Virus record (IMG/VR): IMGVR_UViG_3300033153_006744
Location: 26,495 to 90,494 of that record
Direction: 5' to 3' (one strand)
DNA length: 64,000 bases
Origin: a virus
In this document: piece by piece, positions 10,773-20,760 of the stretch
Numbering within the stretch: position 1 is the stretch's first letter
Layout: the number at the start of each line of letters is the position of its first letter
Program-made: the position numbers and the translations under genes
The notes under the pieces: generated by a model
The model's database searches: none
The model's input: only the letters and a program-made list of their open reading frames with translations
What the model was told of the DNA's origin: nothing

Positions 10773-11495
10773 TTATGCTATTCTTAGCACTTCCACTGTT
10801 GCATATGTTTCGGCACTCCCGTCATCTACACTTTGACCCATCCCATATCCAACTTGAGCTTGTGAAACATAATGGTCTAATTTAAATGTTTTTGATGCTG
10901 TTATTGCGAATATTGGAGTTATTAATGCGGCACGAGCTGAAATTGTGTTTCCCCCATCTTCAGACTCACCAAAATATTCAATAGTATCGGTTACATTAGT
11001 CAGCCTTAATTTGTTTTTTCTGGCGTTGCACACAATTCCTCCCACCTTAATCATATAGGTGCCAGCTGGTAACGCAAACTGATTGGTTGCAATTGTTACA
11101 CCTCCAATATCATCTGTTTCTATGGTGCTTAATTTTCTAACATTCCACCCTATGCTTGAGTTTCCTCCGTCAACTGCAGTGTTTTGCTTTTCTTTTATTA
11201 TAGCCCTTTTTGCTGTTTCAATCCGCCACTCTGTTCCGTTATGGCAGTAAACGGCTTTCACGTCTAAATCATAAACGCTCGCCCCAGCAGTCATGCCAGT
11301 TAGAGCATTTCTTTGTGCTGTGGTAACCCGGGTATCTGGGTATGAATAACTTGCTGCATCTATTGTATCTGGCGTTGCATCAATTAAGCCATCTGGAGTT
11401 TCCGTTTGTATCCCTATATTGCCATCTGCATAGTTTATATTATCTCCAATTTTCTGAAAATAACCTGTATTTCTTACTGCTGTTCCTTTTGCCAT
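10773..11495 (-). CDS. Tail fibre-associated protein
   Basis: 'GNIGIQTETP', 'RVTTAQRNAL...GASVYDLD...NGTEW' fibre modules; C1q/TNF-like 'QFALPAGTYMI' C-terminus. Confidence 0.7.
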   Translation of the reverse strand: MAKGTAVRNTGYFQKIGDNINYADGNIGIQTETPDGLIDATPDTIDAASYSYPDTRVTTAQRNALTGMTAGASVYDLDVKAVYCHNGTEWRIETAKRAIIKEKQNTAVDGGNSSIGWNVRKLSTIETDDIGGVTIATNQFALPAGTYMIKVGGIVCNARKNKLRLTNVTDTIEYFGESEDGGNTISARAALITPIFAITASKTFKLDHYVSQAQVGYGMGQSVDDGSAETYATVEVLRIA

Positions 11496-11521
11496 AATTC
11501 CTCCTGTTTTAAATCATTTAA

Positions 11522-12406
11522 TTATTGCCATGTTTTATTAACTGGTTGAAACACAATCTCTTTAGTTTCTAAGTCTACGCCAATCTTGATTATACAAGCT
11601 TGATCTTGAGGAAACGTAGCAACAGGGGCAGTTATTGTCATTGCAGCTAAATTGAGATTAAGATTTTCTACACTTCCAGACATTACATAAGGATTTTCTT
11701 GTGTAACGCTACACCCAGTATCACCAATACTAAAGCCAACATTATTACCTTTCCAAATCGTTAAGGTTTTCCATCCTGTTCCAGTTATTTGTATAGAAAC
11801 TGGCTGAGCTGTTGGAGTTGATTGATATGGAATAGCCTGAATTATCGCTGCATCAATTAATCCTGTACTTCCTGAATGTGTATGATCAGTGTCTGATTTT
11901 CCGTTTAATGCCGTTTGAGTTGGATTTGATACTTCTTTGTTTGCATCGCTTGTGTTATTGACGCTTCCAAGGCCAACCTGAGATTTTGTCACATTATGAG
12001 GATCGCTTGTCGCTGATATATGACTTTGTATGTTAGTGTTTTTTGCCTCATAATTTGCGTTGTGATTATGAGATGCACTTGATTTATTATCTAAAACTGA
12101 TTGTAACCCTGAAATGTTTGAAACAGTTAAGTTATCAAGATCGCTTTTGTTTTGCTTGATAAAGTTGACAACTTCCTGTAAGTCATCTAGCGTCGTATCG
12201 CTTGAAGTTAGCAATGTGTTAATGTTGTTAATAGAAGTTATTAGCTCGCTGTGTTCATGAATTAATGGTGCTCTTGCATCGCTTAACCTTGCATCATCGC
12301 TATCAACTTTTGTTATTTCAATTTTTTTGACACGAGAAATAAACCCCGCTATTTTTGCCAGCAAAGAATTTACTCTTGTATCAACATATTTTTTATTTAT
12401 AAACAT
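11522..12406 (-). CDS. Tail fibre protein with phage tail repeats
   Basis: 'PHNVTKSQVGLGSVNNTSDANKEVSNPTQTAL', HxH metal-binding motifs, 'TLDDLQEVVNFI'. Confidence 0.8.
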   Translation of the reverse strand: MFINKKYVDTRVNSLLAKIAGFISRVKKIEITKVDSDDARLSDARAPLIHEHSELITSINNINTLLTSSDTTLDDLQEVVNFIKQNKSDLDNLTVSNISGLQSVLDNKSSASHNHNANYEAKNTNIQSHISATSDPHNVTKSQVGLGSVNNTSDANKEVSNPTQTALNGKSDTDHTHSGSTGLIDAAIIQAIPYQSTPTAQPVSIQITGTGWKTLTIWKGNNVGFSIGDTGCSVTQENPYVMSGSVENLNLNLAAMTITAPVATFPQDQACIIKIGVDLETKEIVFQPVNKTWQ

Positions 12407-12415
12407 CTTGTCTCC

Positions 12416-12964
12416 TTATCTACCTGAGTCTAATACTTCAACAGTTATAGTGTGTTCTGCATTTGCTGTTGCAACGTCCTGATCATCCAATATTATGTCA
12501 ATAGTCCCATCTTGTGGAGCAATTGGGGGGCCGACTAAATTTGTTGGCTCAAATTCTAATCCAGCTAATTCAACATTAAGTTCAGCTATAGTTCCAGTGA
12601 ATCTAATGCCACCACTAATTTCTTCATATGTTGCTCCAGATGTAAGTGGAAAACCAAGTGTTCCACTGGTTGCTGTTACATCCATTATTAAAGACAAAGA
12701 ATCTTCATCGGCAACAGAAACCCCCTCTATTTCTTGCGAAATTGATTGGTTAGAAAAGTTTAATGCAACCATTTCAGGTGCAAAAATAACAGGCTCATCT
12801 CCTACTTCAGGAGGTTGTGCAGATGTTTCATTTCCACCAATAGAACCTTTTGTAACCCATCCAACGCCTTCTATGTCTTTTTGTATTTCTAAATCATCTC
12901 CATTCTCATTCCATTGCCATGTATCGCATGTAGAAATTGCAACTTTACGTTTTGAATAACTCAT
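12416..12964 (-). CDS. Virion protein with Ig/cadherin-like domain
   Basis: 'GVSVADED', 'FTGTIAELNVELAGLEFEP' resemble cadherin-like/Ig repeats. Confidence 0.6.
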   Translation of the reverse strand: MSYSKRKVAISTCDTWQWNENGDDLEIQKDIEGVGWVTKGSIGGNETSAQPPEVGDEPVIFAPEMVALNFSNQSISQEIEGVSVADEDSLSLIMDVTATSGTLGFPLTSGATYEEISGGIRFTGTIAELNVELAGLEFEPTNLVGPPIAPQDGTIDIILDDQDVATANAEHTITVEVLDSGR

Positions 12965-12973
12965 ATTAATCTC

Positions 12974-15900
12974 CTATATTAACATCCATGCAGTGCCAGC
13001 AGTATTAGCTATAATTGTTCTACTGTCTCCTGCTGAAATTTCAACTGTTTCATCTCCATCAATTTCTTCTGTTGAATTTCCATCAAGTGTCACTGTTCCC
13101 ACTCCACTATTTTTAATGTCAAATCTTTTTTTGGTAGCTCCCGCAACAGCTTGAAGATTTACCGTTAATGTTGCAGTGCATTCTAACACATCGTTTGCAT
13201 TTGTTAATCCATATGTTGTTGCTGTACTTATTACACTTAATTCACCTGTTTCATCTACAACAGATGAAGGTCTAAATGGAAGAACAATTAAGGTATTAGC
13301 ATCTACAGCAAATAAAATAGGGTTAGAAAAACTTCCTGTTCCTGGTTCTGTTGCAGTTAATCCACCAGCTACACTATCGCTAACAAAATAATATTCTCCA
13401 ATTGTCAAGCCATGTGACGTTATTGTTGTTTTTCCTACCAATGTTGCTACAAAATTATTAGTATCTATAACTTCAGTTACAATTAACATTCCCAAGGTTT
13501 CAGCATCATCAGCTTGAGCCTCTGTATATATGGTTCCATTATGATAAATTGCATCTAAAACTGATAATCCATGTGTTGATTGGTTAACATTAAATTTAGT
13601 AGATTCATTGTTATCAACAACAAACTTTCTATTTGGTATAACGTCATCACTTGTTACAAGGTCTTCATAATCAGTTACTCCAGCAACATTTAGCGTGCCA
13701 TCAGCCTTAACAACAAATTCATCTGTATTTATTTGTAATGAATTTCCTGTGCCAGCATTATTTATTTCGACTGCATTTGGATTATTTGTTACATCATTTT
13801 GATTTATTATCAATCCTGGTTTATCCTCATCATCAGCCACTGTTGCTTCAAGCCTAGCGGTTCCTGTATTTGCTCCTACATATAAATCATCCATAAAATA
13901 ACTATAAAAATTAGCCCACAAGGAAATCCAAGTAGTTCCAGATGCATCATTAATTTTTATTCTTCCATCGCCAACACCGTTTTCAATTAACTCAACAATT
14001 TTATTAGAACTTCCACTTGTTTCTACGCTAATAACAGTTGTGTCATTTGCGGTAGATTTTACATTAAATTCATCTATTAAATACTTTCCTGCTTTTGCTA
14101 AAAATCGTGTATTGCCGCCATCGCCAGTGCTTAATACATAGGTGTTGTCATCTGTGTATGCGGCCCCATCAGCTTCGTACCTGTACCAAGCCTCTGTTTC
14201 TACTACATAAACCATATCGCCGTCAGTATGCCCTCCTGAAGCTTCAGCGTTTGCGACAGTTGTAAATAATCCATAATGTTGATTGTTGTTTGCTGCACCA
14301 CCTTGTACGTTACTCAAATTATTATGATCCGTGATGGGTGCTGCTACAAATTGTTTTGTAAACGCACTATCAATTTGCTCTGCCGTGCTATCTCCAGATC
14401 CAACTATAATTCTACCAACTAGAACTGCATGACTTGTAATAACCTCAGGTAAATTCCCAGGAGGTTGCGATGTTTGAGCATTTACTAGTGTATAACTTTC
14501 AGATCCTAAAACATAATATACATGAGGATCACTTTCAACGCCCTGATAAACAAAAACAACGCCATAACCTGGTCCAGATAAAGTTTGCAAATCAGTCCCA
14601 TCATCATATTGGCTGTTATTATAGGTGGTTTCATCTGATTTAGTCCAAACGCCTGACACGTGATACCAAAATTCACACTGATCTGTACTTGAATTTGTAG
14701 CTGGAATTAATGTTCTATTTCCACCCACCCAAATTACACCATTTGTTGTTGTTATATATCTAGTTGCAGCCTCTCCTAGTGCAACACCACTTTCATGAGC
14801 AAAGCGATCAGTTTTTACAAGTCTTGCATGTAGTTTGTTAACAAGCCCCGTTCCAACTTGACCCCACTCAAGCACTTCAAGCGTTGTTCCAGAGCGATAA
14901 ATTGTATAAACTGGAATTACATCAGATTCATTTATTTCCAAAACATTTAATGTAACTCTAAAAATAGGGCTTCCAGAATTATAATCAGCAACAACGTAGT
15001 TTGTGTCTAAGTCAGTTAAAACTTGATCATCCAATCCAATTAGTCCATACTGTTTCATGTCACCTGTAAAATCATTTGTTTGAAATAAGTTTGCAACCCC
15101 ATCACCTACGTCAATCGAGCCATCAGGGTTTTTTGTTAAACCGGGGTCATAAACCATTCCTGAAGAATTAAGGTTTTGAAAACCTATGCCACCTATTTTA
15201 CCCCTAGTGTTTATTTGAAAAAACTCAGCATCAACATCGTCAGTTAAGTCTGTAGTCCCCTCTTTTATTATTAAGTATGCCAAAGGTATAGCACCCTTTG
15301 AATCTGCTGGAACTATAAAGTCAATTGTGGGCAAGGCCGCCTTAGCTTCACTTAAAAGATTAAATATTTGCTGCCCATATAGCACTTCTACTGTACCTTG
15401 TGCAAACATGGAAATTCTTTGTACTGTAAACTTGCCTGAAGGTACCGATGCAATAGCTGAAGACCCGTCATCATAATTGTCAGGGTCAATTTGTGTGGCA
15501 GCAACTGTTACATCTGTACCGTCACCAAGTTTATAATTAAATGGATTTATTGGAGTTTGAGCAGCACTTCCTTGAACATGAGGACTTTTGCCATTTGTTC
15601 TAGCATTTACACCACTTCTAAAAACATTTCCAATAAGTTTTTTAATTTGTAAATCTGTTGTATTTGGTTCAACCTTGTTTCCATCTACTGAAAAAGCACC
15701 CCATGTTTCAAAAAAATCTTGAACTGAAGAACCTGGATTATGTACAAAGTTTGTTGGGGTGTTAACGAACAAGACAATATCATTAGAATCATTTCTAGCA
15801 ACAACTCCCAAATCTATAGTGTTTCTTCTTTGCTCAGGTGTTCCTAATTGAGATCTTTCAATCAAGGCTCCAGTCTCATCTATCGACAAAAATATAGCAA

Positions 15901-17290
15901 CAACATCTCCTGCAGAAGCAGTTGTTGTTAGATCATAAGAATCAAAAGAATCCCATGAAATAGGAGTGTAAACTGGATTGTCTGGGTCTGTGGTGGTATC
16001 AATAATTTGACCTGAACCAGCAGTTATATCAATAAGAGCATTATCGCCACCATATATAGATATGACACCGCCATCAATCAATCCAGTTGAAAGATTATAC
16101 GCGTTGTCAACAATCCAACTTGTACCATTATAATTATGTCTATTATTTGAACTTGAATCAAATGTTGTAATGCCCTCGCCTACAACAGAAACATCAGTTA
16201 CAACAACCCACGTACCACTTGTGCGCTCAACAACATCATTATCGCCAACCCCTGTTATTGTTCCCCAGTTAGCATGAAGAGAGCCCGTGTTTGATTGTAA
16301 TATATATCTTTGCCCATCTGCTCCTGCAGGTAATCCTACACCTGGAGCTGTTGTAGTTGCGTCAATAACTAATGCATTAACAGGGTTTGTGAAAAATGGG
16401 CTACCACTTCCGCCAGCTGTATCGTCAACATATTTTTTACTCGCAAAGGCTTCATCGTTTGTTCCCATGTTAGTTGTGCTAGTATATCCAGCTGTATCGC
16501 CAATTTCAACTTTTTGCGTTGGAGAATTTGCGAAAAGTCCAAGTCTTTTGCTTATATCATCCCAGAATATTTCAGTGTTTTCAGTGTGCTTGTATTCACT
16601 ATCTCCAGCATGCCAGAAAACCATCTGACCATCTGCAGACCCATCTTCCACATTTACATATGCAGCACCCAATTGATTTATTGCACTTTTTAAATCTCTA
16701 GTTCCATTTAAAGAACCAGCAGAGAATAAATATCTACAACCTTCGTAATACGTTGCAACAACATTGGCGTCACCACTGCCTTTTGTAACTTTTATCCCTA
16801 ATAGCTTAACTTTATCAATATTTGATTCTGGATCTTGAGCATCACCCTCAGTGGCTTCAGTTTCTTGCTCTAAAAACATTCTGTTGTATTCACGAGTTGG
16901 CTCTTGCTCTCCGGTTGCTGGGTTTAATGCATAACTATCGTGTTCTTTAGATAAGTTAAGGTAAACGCTATAAAAATAATCTCCATCGCCCAATCCATCC
17001 ATATCTATTTCTAATCTATATTGAGCATCTTTATCCCACTTCATCATTACGCTATCTATGTCAAACCAAAAGGCATCTTCATTTCTTTGTTTAAATACTA
17101 ACTTTAAAATATCTGTATCATAATCTTCTTTTATCACATCCATATTGCTAACTGTTATTTCTGTAATAGCTCCTATTGCACCAGCTAATTTTGCAAGTAT
17201 ATCTAATCCATTTGTCGTCATAGAATCGTACAGAAAATTCATATCATCCGCATCAACTACATAACCATTAAAAAAGTTTCCTCTACTCAT
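12974..17290 (-). CDS. Large multi-domain tail fibre / receptor-binding protein (1438 aa)
   Basis: Mosaic of fibre modules (DUF2793-like segment, 'ASKKYVDD', internal tandem duplication, T4 gp9/10-like C-terminal motif). Confidence 0.8.
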   Translation of the reverse strand: MSRGNFFNGYVVDADDMNFLYDSMTTNGLDILAKLAGAIGAITEITVSNMDVIKEDYDTDILKLVFKQRNEDAFWFDIDSVMMKWDKDAQYRLEIDMDGLGDGDYFYSVYLNLSKEHDSYALNPATGEQEPTREYNRMFLEQETEATEGDAQDPESNIDKVKLLGIKVTKGSGDANVVATYYEGCRYLFSAGSLNGTRDLKSAINQLGAAYVNVEDGSADGQMVFWHAGDSEYKHTENTEIFWDDISKRLGLFANSPTQKVEIGDTAGYTSTTNMGTNDEAFASKKYVDDTAGGSGSPFFTNPVNALVIDATTTAPGVGLPAGADGQRYILQSNTGSLHANWGTITGVGDNDVVERTSGTWVVVTDVSVVGEGITTFDSSSNNRHNYNGTSWIVDNAYNLSTGLIDGGVISIYGGDNALIDITAGSGQIIDTTTDPDNPVYTPISWDSFDSYDLTTTASAGDVVAIFLSIDETGALIERSQLGTPEQRRNTIDLGVVARNDSNDIVLFVNTPTNFVHNPGSSVQDFFETWGAFSVDGNKVEPNTTDLQIKKLIGNVFRSGVNARTNGKSPHVQGSAAQTPINPFNYKLGDGTDVTVAATQIDPDNYDDGSSAIASVPSGKFTVQRISMFAQGTVEVLYGQQIFNLLSEAKAALPTIDFIVPADSKGAIPLAYLIIKEGTTDLTDDVDAEFFQINTRGKIGGIGFQNLNSSGMVYDPGLTKNPDGSIDVGDGVANLFQTNDFTGDMKQYGLIGLDDQVLTDLDTNYVVADYNSGSPIFRVTLNVLEINESDVIPVYTIYRSGTTLEVLEWGQVGTGLVNKLHARLVKTDRFAHESGVALGEAATRYITTTNGVIWVGGNRTLIPATNSSTDQCEFWYHVSGVWTKSDETTYNNSQYDDGTDLQTLSGPGYGVVFVYQGVESDPHVYYVLGSESYTLVNAQTSQPPGNLPEVITSHAVLVGRIIVGSGDSTAEQIDSAFTKQFVAAPITDHNNLSNVQGGAANNNQHYGLFTTVANAEASGGHTDGDMVYVVETEAWYRYEADGAAYTDDNTYVLSTGDGGNTRFLAKAGKYLIDEFNVKSTANDTTVISVETSGSSNKIVELIENGVGDGRIKINDASGTTWISLWANFYSYFMDDLYVGANTGTARLEATVADDEDKPGLIINQNDVTNNPNAVEINNAGTGNSLQINTDEFVVKADGTLNVAGVTDYEDLVTSDDVIPNRKFVVDNNESTKFNVNQSTHGLSVLDAIYHNGTIYTEAQADDAETLGMLIVTEVIDTNNFVATLVGKTTITSHGLTIGEYYFVSDSVAGGLTATEPGTGSFSNPILFAVDANTLIVLPFRPSSVVDETGELSVISTATTYGLTNANDVLECTATLTVNLQAVAGATKKRFDIKNSGVGTVTLDGNSTEEIDGDETVEISAGDSRTIIANTAGTAWMLI

Positions 17291-17297
17291 TTTTCAC

Positions 17298-17531
17298 CTA
17301 CTTCTTTTTTGAATTTAAAGCTTTTTTTACACTTTCCAAATACTTGTTCATGTCGTCAATATGAAAATTAGCTTCATCCATCGTCATATCTAAAACATCT
17401 TTTCTGCTAAATCCTGCACTTATACCATTATATAAACTTCTAACTAGTTTTGCTATAAGCCTGTATATGTCTTCTTGCTTAAAGCCTATATACAAGTGCC
17501 TTATGGCAGACCTAATCTTAAAATCATTCAT
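17298..17531 (-). CDS. Small tail/baseplate assembly protein (T4 gp51-like)
   Basis: 'GFSRKDVLDMTMDEANFHI' typical of the small chaperone following gp26-like genes; start refined to ATG 17531. Confidence 0.55.
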   Translation of the reverse strand: MNDFKIRSAIRHLYIGFKQEDIYRLIAKLVRSLYNGISAGFSRKDVLDMTMDEANFHIDDMNKYLESVKKALNSKKK

Positions 17532-17548
17532 AAATACATTGCTATGAA

Positions 17549-18391
17549 TTATTTGTAAATTTTTACTGAAGGGTAATTCTTGTATTCTTTTAACAATTTT
17601 GCGTGTTCTTTGCGTAAGTCCATCGATGGAATAAGAGCCTGTATTGAAAAAGGGAGCTTTATACTCCATTTTTGTTTGCATTCTGGACAAGTAACACCTA
17701 CTTTGCCAAGAAAACCACAATCAAATTGATCTATTATAGCAGCTAGTTCAAACATTGTGTCGCCATCTAATTTTTTTAAGAAGCTATTTAGATCATTTTT
17801 TTCTACACCCGCTATTTCATCTATTGCAACCATTAAAGGTACATGCATACCACTTCCGTATTGTTTAATTAAATCATTTAATTTTTCTTCATCTTTCGCT
17901 ATAACCATGTGCCATGTTATTTTTCCAACACTAGAATCATCTATTCTCTTGTTTCCTTCTTGCAACATTTTAACACCCTCTGCACTCAGGAAAGTTCTTT
18001 CATTTAAAATGTCTTCTAAACTTAACTCTCTTACAAAAGGCATCCCGCCAAATTTACATGTTTTTCTAATACAATGTTGCTCAAATAAATAAGGTGATTT
18101 TTTAAAGTTTATCAGCCTTAGTATTACCATTAAATCTACAAAGTCAGCTCCAGTACATTCTTCTACTTTAAAGCCACCGCCTTTATAACTTGAATTAACA
18201 ACTTTGATAATACTAAGGCTAACATATTGATAAACAGCTTGCAAAAGTTCAGCATCATCCTTTTCAGATAATGTATTTATTTCTGCGACTGTTAATTTTT
18301 TAACTTCTAATTCTGTCCTTGAAGATAATTTATAAATGCTACCACTTTTAATTTCTATGTCTTCTTTTTTAATTTCTAATTTGTGCTCCAT
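17549..18391 (-). CDS. Tail/baseplate hub assembly chaperone (T4 gp26-like)
   Basis: 'KKLTVAEINTL', 'DFVDLMVILRLIN', Cys pairs CIRKTC and CPEC; follows the tube gene. Confidence 0.7.
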   Translation of the reverse strand: MEHKLEIKKEDIEIKSGSIYKLSSRTELEVKKLTVAEINTLSEKDDAELLQAVYQYVSLSIIKVVNSSYKGGGFKVEECTGADFVDLMVILRLINFKKSPYLFEQHCIRKTCKFGGMPFVRELSLEDILNERTFLSAEGVKMLQEGNKRIDDSSVGKITWHMVIAKDEEKLNDLIKQYGSGMHVPLMVAIDEIAGVEKNDLNSFLKKLDGDTMFELAAIIDQFDCGFLGKVGVTCPECKQKWSIKLPFSIQALIPSMDLRKEHAKLLKEYKNYPSVKIYK

Positions 18392-18418
18392 TAATCATTC
18401 TCCATAATTATTTAATTT

Positions 18419-18874
18419 TTAAGATAAGTTTAATCTTTTTGCATAAGAATATGCTAAAGAAAAGTTTTCAGTTGCTGCATCAGTGTTGCCAGTATCTCCG
18501 CCGCTTTCGCCATATTTAGAATAACAAGCACCGAATAATCTCCAGCCTTCTTTTTCAACACCGTTTGCATCAGTCCTAATTAAATCAACTGTAAATAGTG
18601 CCCCGCTTATGTTACCGCCAGACTCTGGACTTACTGGAGTTCTTGACTCAAAGTCATCCCAAAGGCTTTGATCTTTTACTAAAGCGTTTGTAACGTCAAT
18701 GGGTGTCCATGTTGCATCAACAGGTTCAACATGTGGATGTGGTCGACCACCCATTTTTACAGTCATTATGCTTGCTTCAACTTCAGGGAATCCCATAGTT
18801 AAAGCTGTTAAGATCTCTCTTCCATCTATTCTCATCTTAAAATATCTATTTGTATAAAATTTTGAATCAGCCAT
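18419..18874 (-). CDS. Tail tube protein (T4 gp19-like)
   Basis: 'WRLFGACYSKY', 'ATENFSLAYSY'; 151 aa, directly after the sheath gene. Confidence 0.85.
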   Translation of the reverse strand: MADSKFYTNRYFKMRIDGREILTALTMGFPEVEASIMTVKMGGRPHPHVEPVDATWTPIDVTNALVKDQSLWDDFESRTPVSPESGGNISGALFTVDLIRTDANGVEKEGWRLFGACYSKYGESGGDTGNTDAATENFSLAYSYAKRLNLS

Positions 18875-18888
18875 TTTAAACTCCTATA

Positions 18889-20475
18889 TTATTTCATTCT
18901 TGCAACTCTTAAAGTAATAAATAGCGCAGGATCACCTAATGCAACTTGAACATCAGCCGTTAACCTACCCTCTCTTAATAAATTAGGTGGATTAAGGTCT
19001 TCACCTACATCTACGATATAAGCTTCGCTAGGTTTTGTGCTTGCAAAGAAACCATCATCCCTATATACATCAACTATATCTTCTATATCTAATTCTATTT
19101 GTTTTAAATCATTTGTAGAAATTGTCTTATGTCTAATGTTTCTGTTTAAAACAGCACCAATCTCTCTTTCAAGTCTAATTAATGTTCTAAGGTTTGCAAC
19201 CCAATCAATGTTTCCAGTCATATCCATTAATTTTTCACCTTCAATAACAGTTGATTCAGCATCACTATCAAAGATTAAGCAATTAACATTATATGGGAAT
19301 AAAGCATCAGTTACTTTTTTATAATTAGCTTCAATTCTTGTAACGCCTTTTATATCTGGATCTTGCAATAATCCATTTATTAATCCAGCTGCATTTTCAC
19401 TAGTTCCGTTTAATAGTTCTCTATCTAATCTAACATATCTACCTAATACATGTGCAGTTGGATCATAATTAATGTTTCCATCAGCATCAGAAGTATAGAC
19501 GTTTGTATCTGGATTAGCTATTTTCAACCAAGGCCAGAAATAAGCTAAATTAAAAGAAAACTCATTATATGTTCCTTGCATTAATGTTTTAGTAGCTGCT
19601 GGTGTAGCTGATGCACTTAAATCTGCAATAGGCATAAATATAGTGCTTTCTCTAACAACTTCTATGTAATTCTTTATCTCTGTTATGCTTGCTATATCTA
19701 AAGCTTCAGGATAAGCTATTGCCGTTACGTCTTCCCCTCTATCAACATATCTAATTCCAGTTATGTTGGTTCCGGCTTCATCGGTATATCCTTTTACATC
19801 ATCGCTATCTAAACTTGTTACCCCATCATCTCCACCAGCTAATGTGTAATCAGCTAAAACAGGAGTATCAACGAGAACATCAGATAAGTCGACACCTTCA
19901 ACAAAGTCATGACCATTAAATTCATCATTAAATTTAGTGAGCCAATAATTTTCTGTATCAGATAACAAGCAGCTTACATTAGCCCATTTTCTAAACCCAC
20001 CGTCAACTGTATCTAAAACAATAATGTTAAAACGATCTGCATCACCATCGTCTGGAGCTTCTAATGTCACCCTAAATCTAACAGGCCAAGTTCCCGCCTC
20101 TTTTCCTTGGAACTTAAATCTAGCAAATGGAGCAACATTTGTATCATCTGCAGTTATTTCACTTACAACATCTGTTGCTGTTGCTGGATCTGTAACATCA
20201 GTATAATGCACTAACTTAACGCCATAACATTTTGTTGGTTTAATTGGACTTGCTTCTTTGAAAAATCTTTCAACATACTTATAAAGCGTTGCGTTTGCAT
20301 GGTGTCCACCATATGCTTTATAGGCCTCATCTAATGTTTTAAATTCTGTTAAATCTAAAGGGCCATACGCTGAAGTTCCAACAAAAACAGGTACGGCGTG
20401 AGATTGCAAAGAATTAAGAGATGTATCTTTTTTGTTTACAATTTTACCTTGTACTTTTGAACCCTTGAATTCCAT
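18889..20475 (-). CDS. Contractile tail sheath protein
   Basis: 'FVGTSAYGP', 'YFWPWLKI', 'AYIVDVGEDLNPP...GRLTADVQVALGDPALFITLRV' sheath C-terminal signature. Confidence 0.93.
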   Translation of the reverse strand: MEFKGSKVQGKIVNKKDTSLNSLQSHAVPVFVGTSAYGPLDLTEFKTLDEAYKAYGGHHANATLYKYVERFFKEASPIKPTKCYGVKLVHYTDVTDPATATDVVSEITADDTNVAPFARFKFQGKEAGTWPVRFRVTLEAPDDGDADRFNIIVLDTVDGGFRKWANVSCLLSDTENYWLTKFNDEFNGHDFVEGVDLSDVLVDTPVLADYTLAGGDDGVTSLDSDDVKGYTDEAGTNITGIRYVDRGEDVTAIAYPEALDIASITEIKNYIEVVRESTIFMPIADLSASATPAATKTLMQGTYNEFSFNLAYFWPWLKIANPDTNVYTSDADGNINYDPTAHVLGRYVRLDRELLNGTSENAAGLINGLLQDPDIKGVTRIEANYKKVTDALFPYNVNCLIFDSDAESTVIEGEKLMDMTGNIDWVANLRTLIRLEREIGAVLNRNIRHKTISTNDLKQIELDIEDIVDVYRDDGFFASTKPSEAYIVDVGEDLNPPNLLREGRLTADVQVALGDPALFITLRVARMK

Positions 20476-20484
20476 TTATTCCTC

Positions 20485-20760
20485 CTATTTGATTACTTTA
20501 AACTCATTTTCTTTAAGTTTAATTTTTAATTTATCTAGAGATCCTATTAAAATTGTTGTCTTATTGTATTCTATCTTTAACATTTTAAAGGATTTATTTT
20601 TAAAGAATCCTGTTGTAATATTATATTCCCATCCATCACCTTCAACTATTTTCATTTCACTTTTAGGTACATTCTTTTTTTCTCTTTCTTTCTTGTCTTT
20701 TTTTTCTTGTTTAGCAAGCTCTTCTTTTATTGTAATTTCCTTTTTCTTTTTTTTAGTCAT
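20485..20760 (-). CDS. Small basic hypothetical protein
   Basis: Coupled ORF between neck and sheath genes; ATG at 20760 has a GGAG RBS. Confidence 0.55.
   Translation of the reverse strand: MTKKKKKEITIKEELAKQEKKDKKEREKKNVPKSEMKIVEGDGWEYNITTGFFKNKSFKMLKIEYNKTTILIGSLDKLKIKLKENEFKVIK

Noticed and set aside
17298-17720. lambda G/GT-type programmed frameshift in the tail chaperone
   Set aside because: The frames overlap, but no convincing XXXYYYZ slippery site was identified, and an independent ATG at 17531 gives a plausible gp51-like protein. Not fully excluded.
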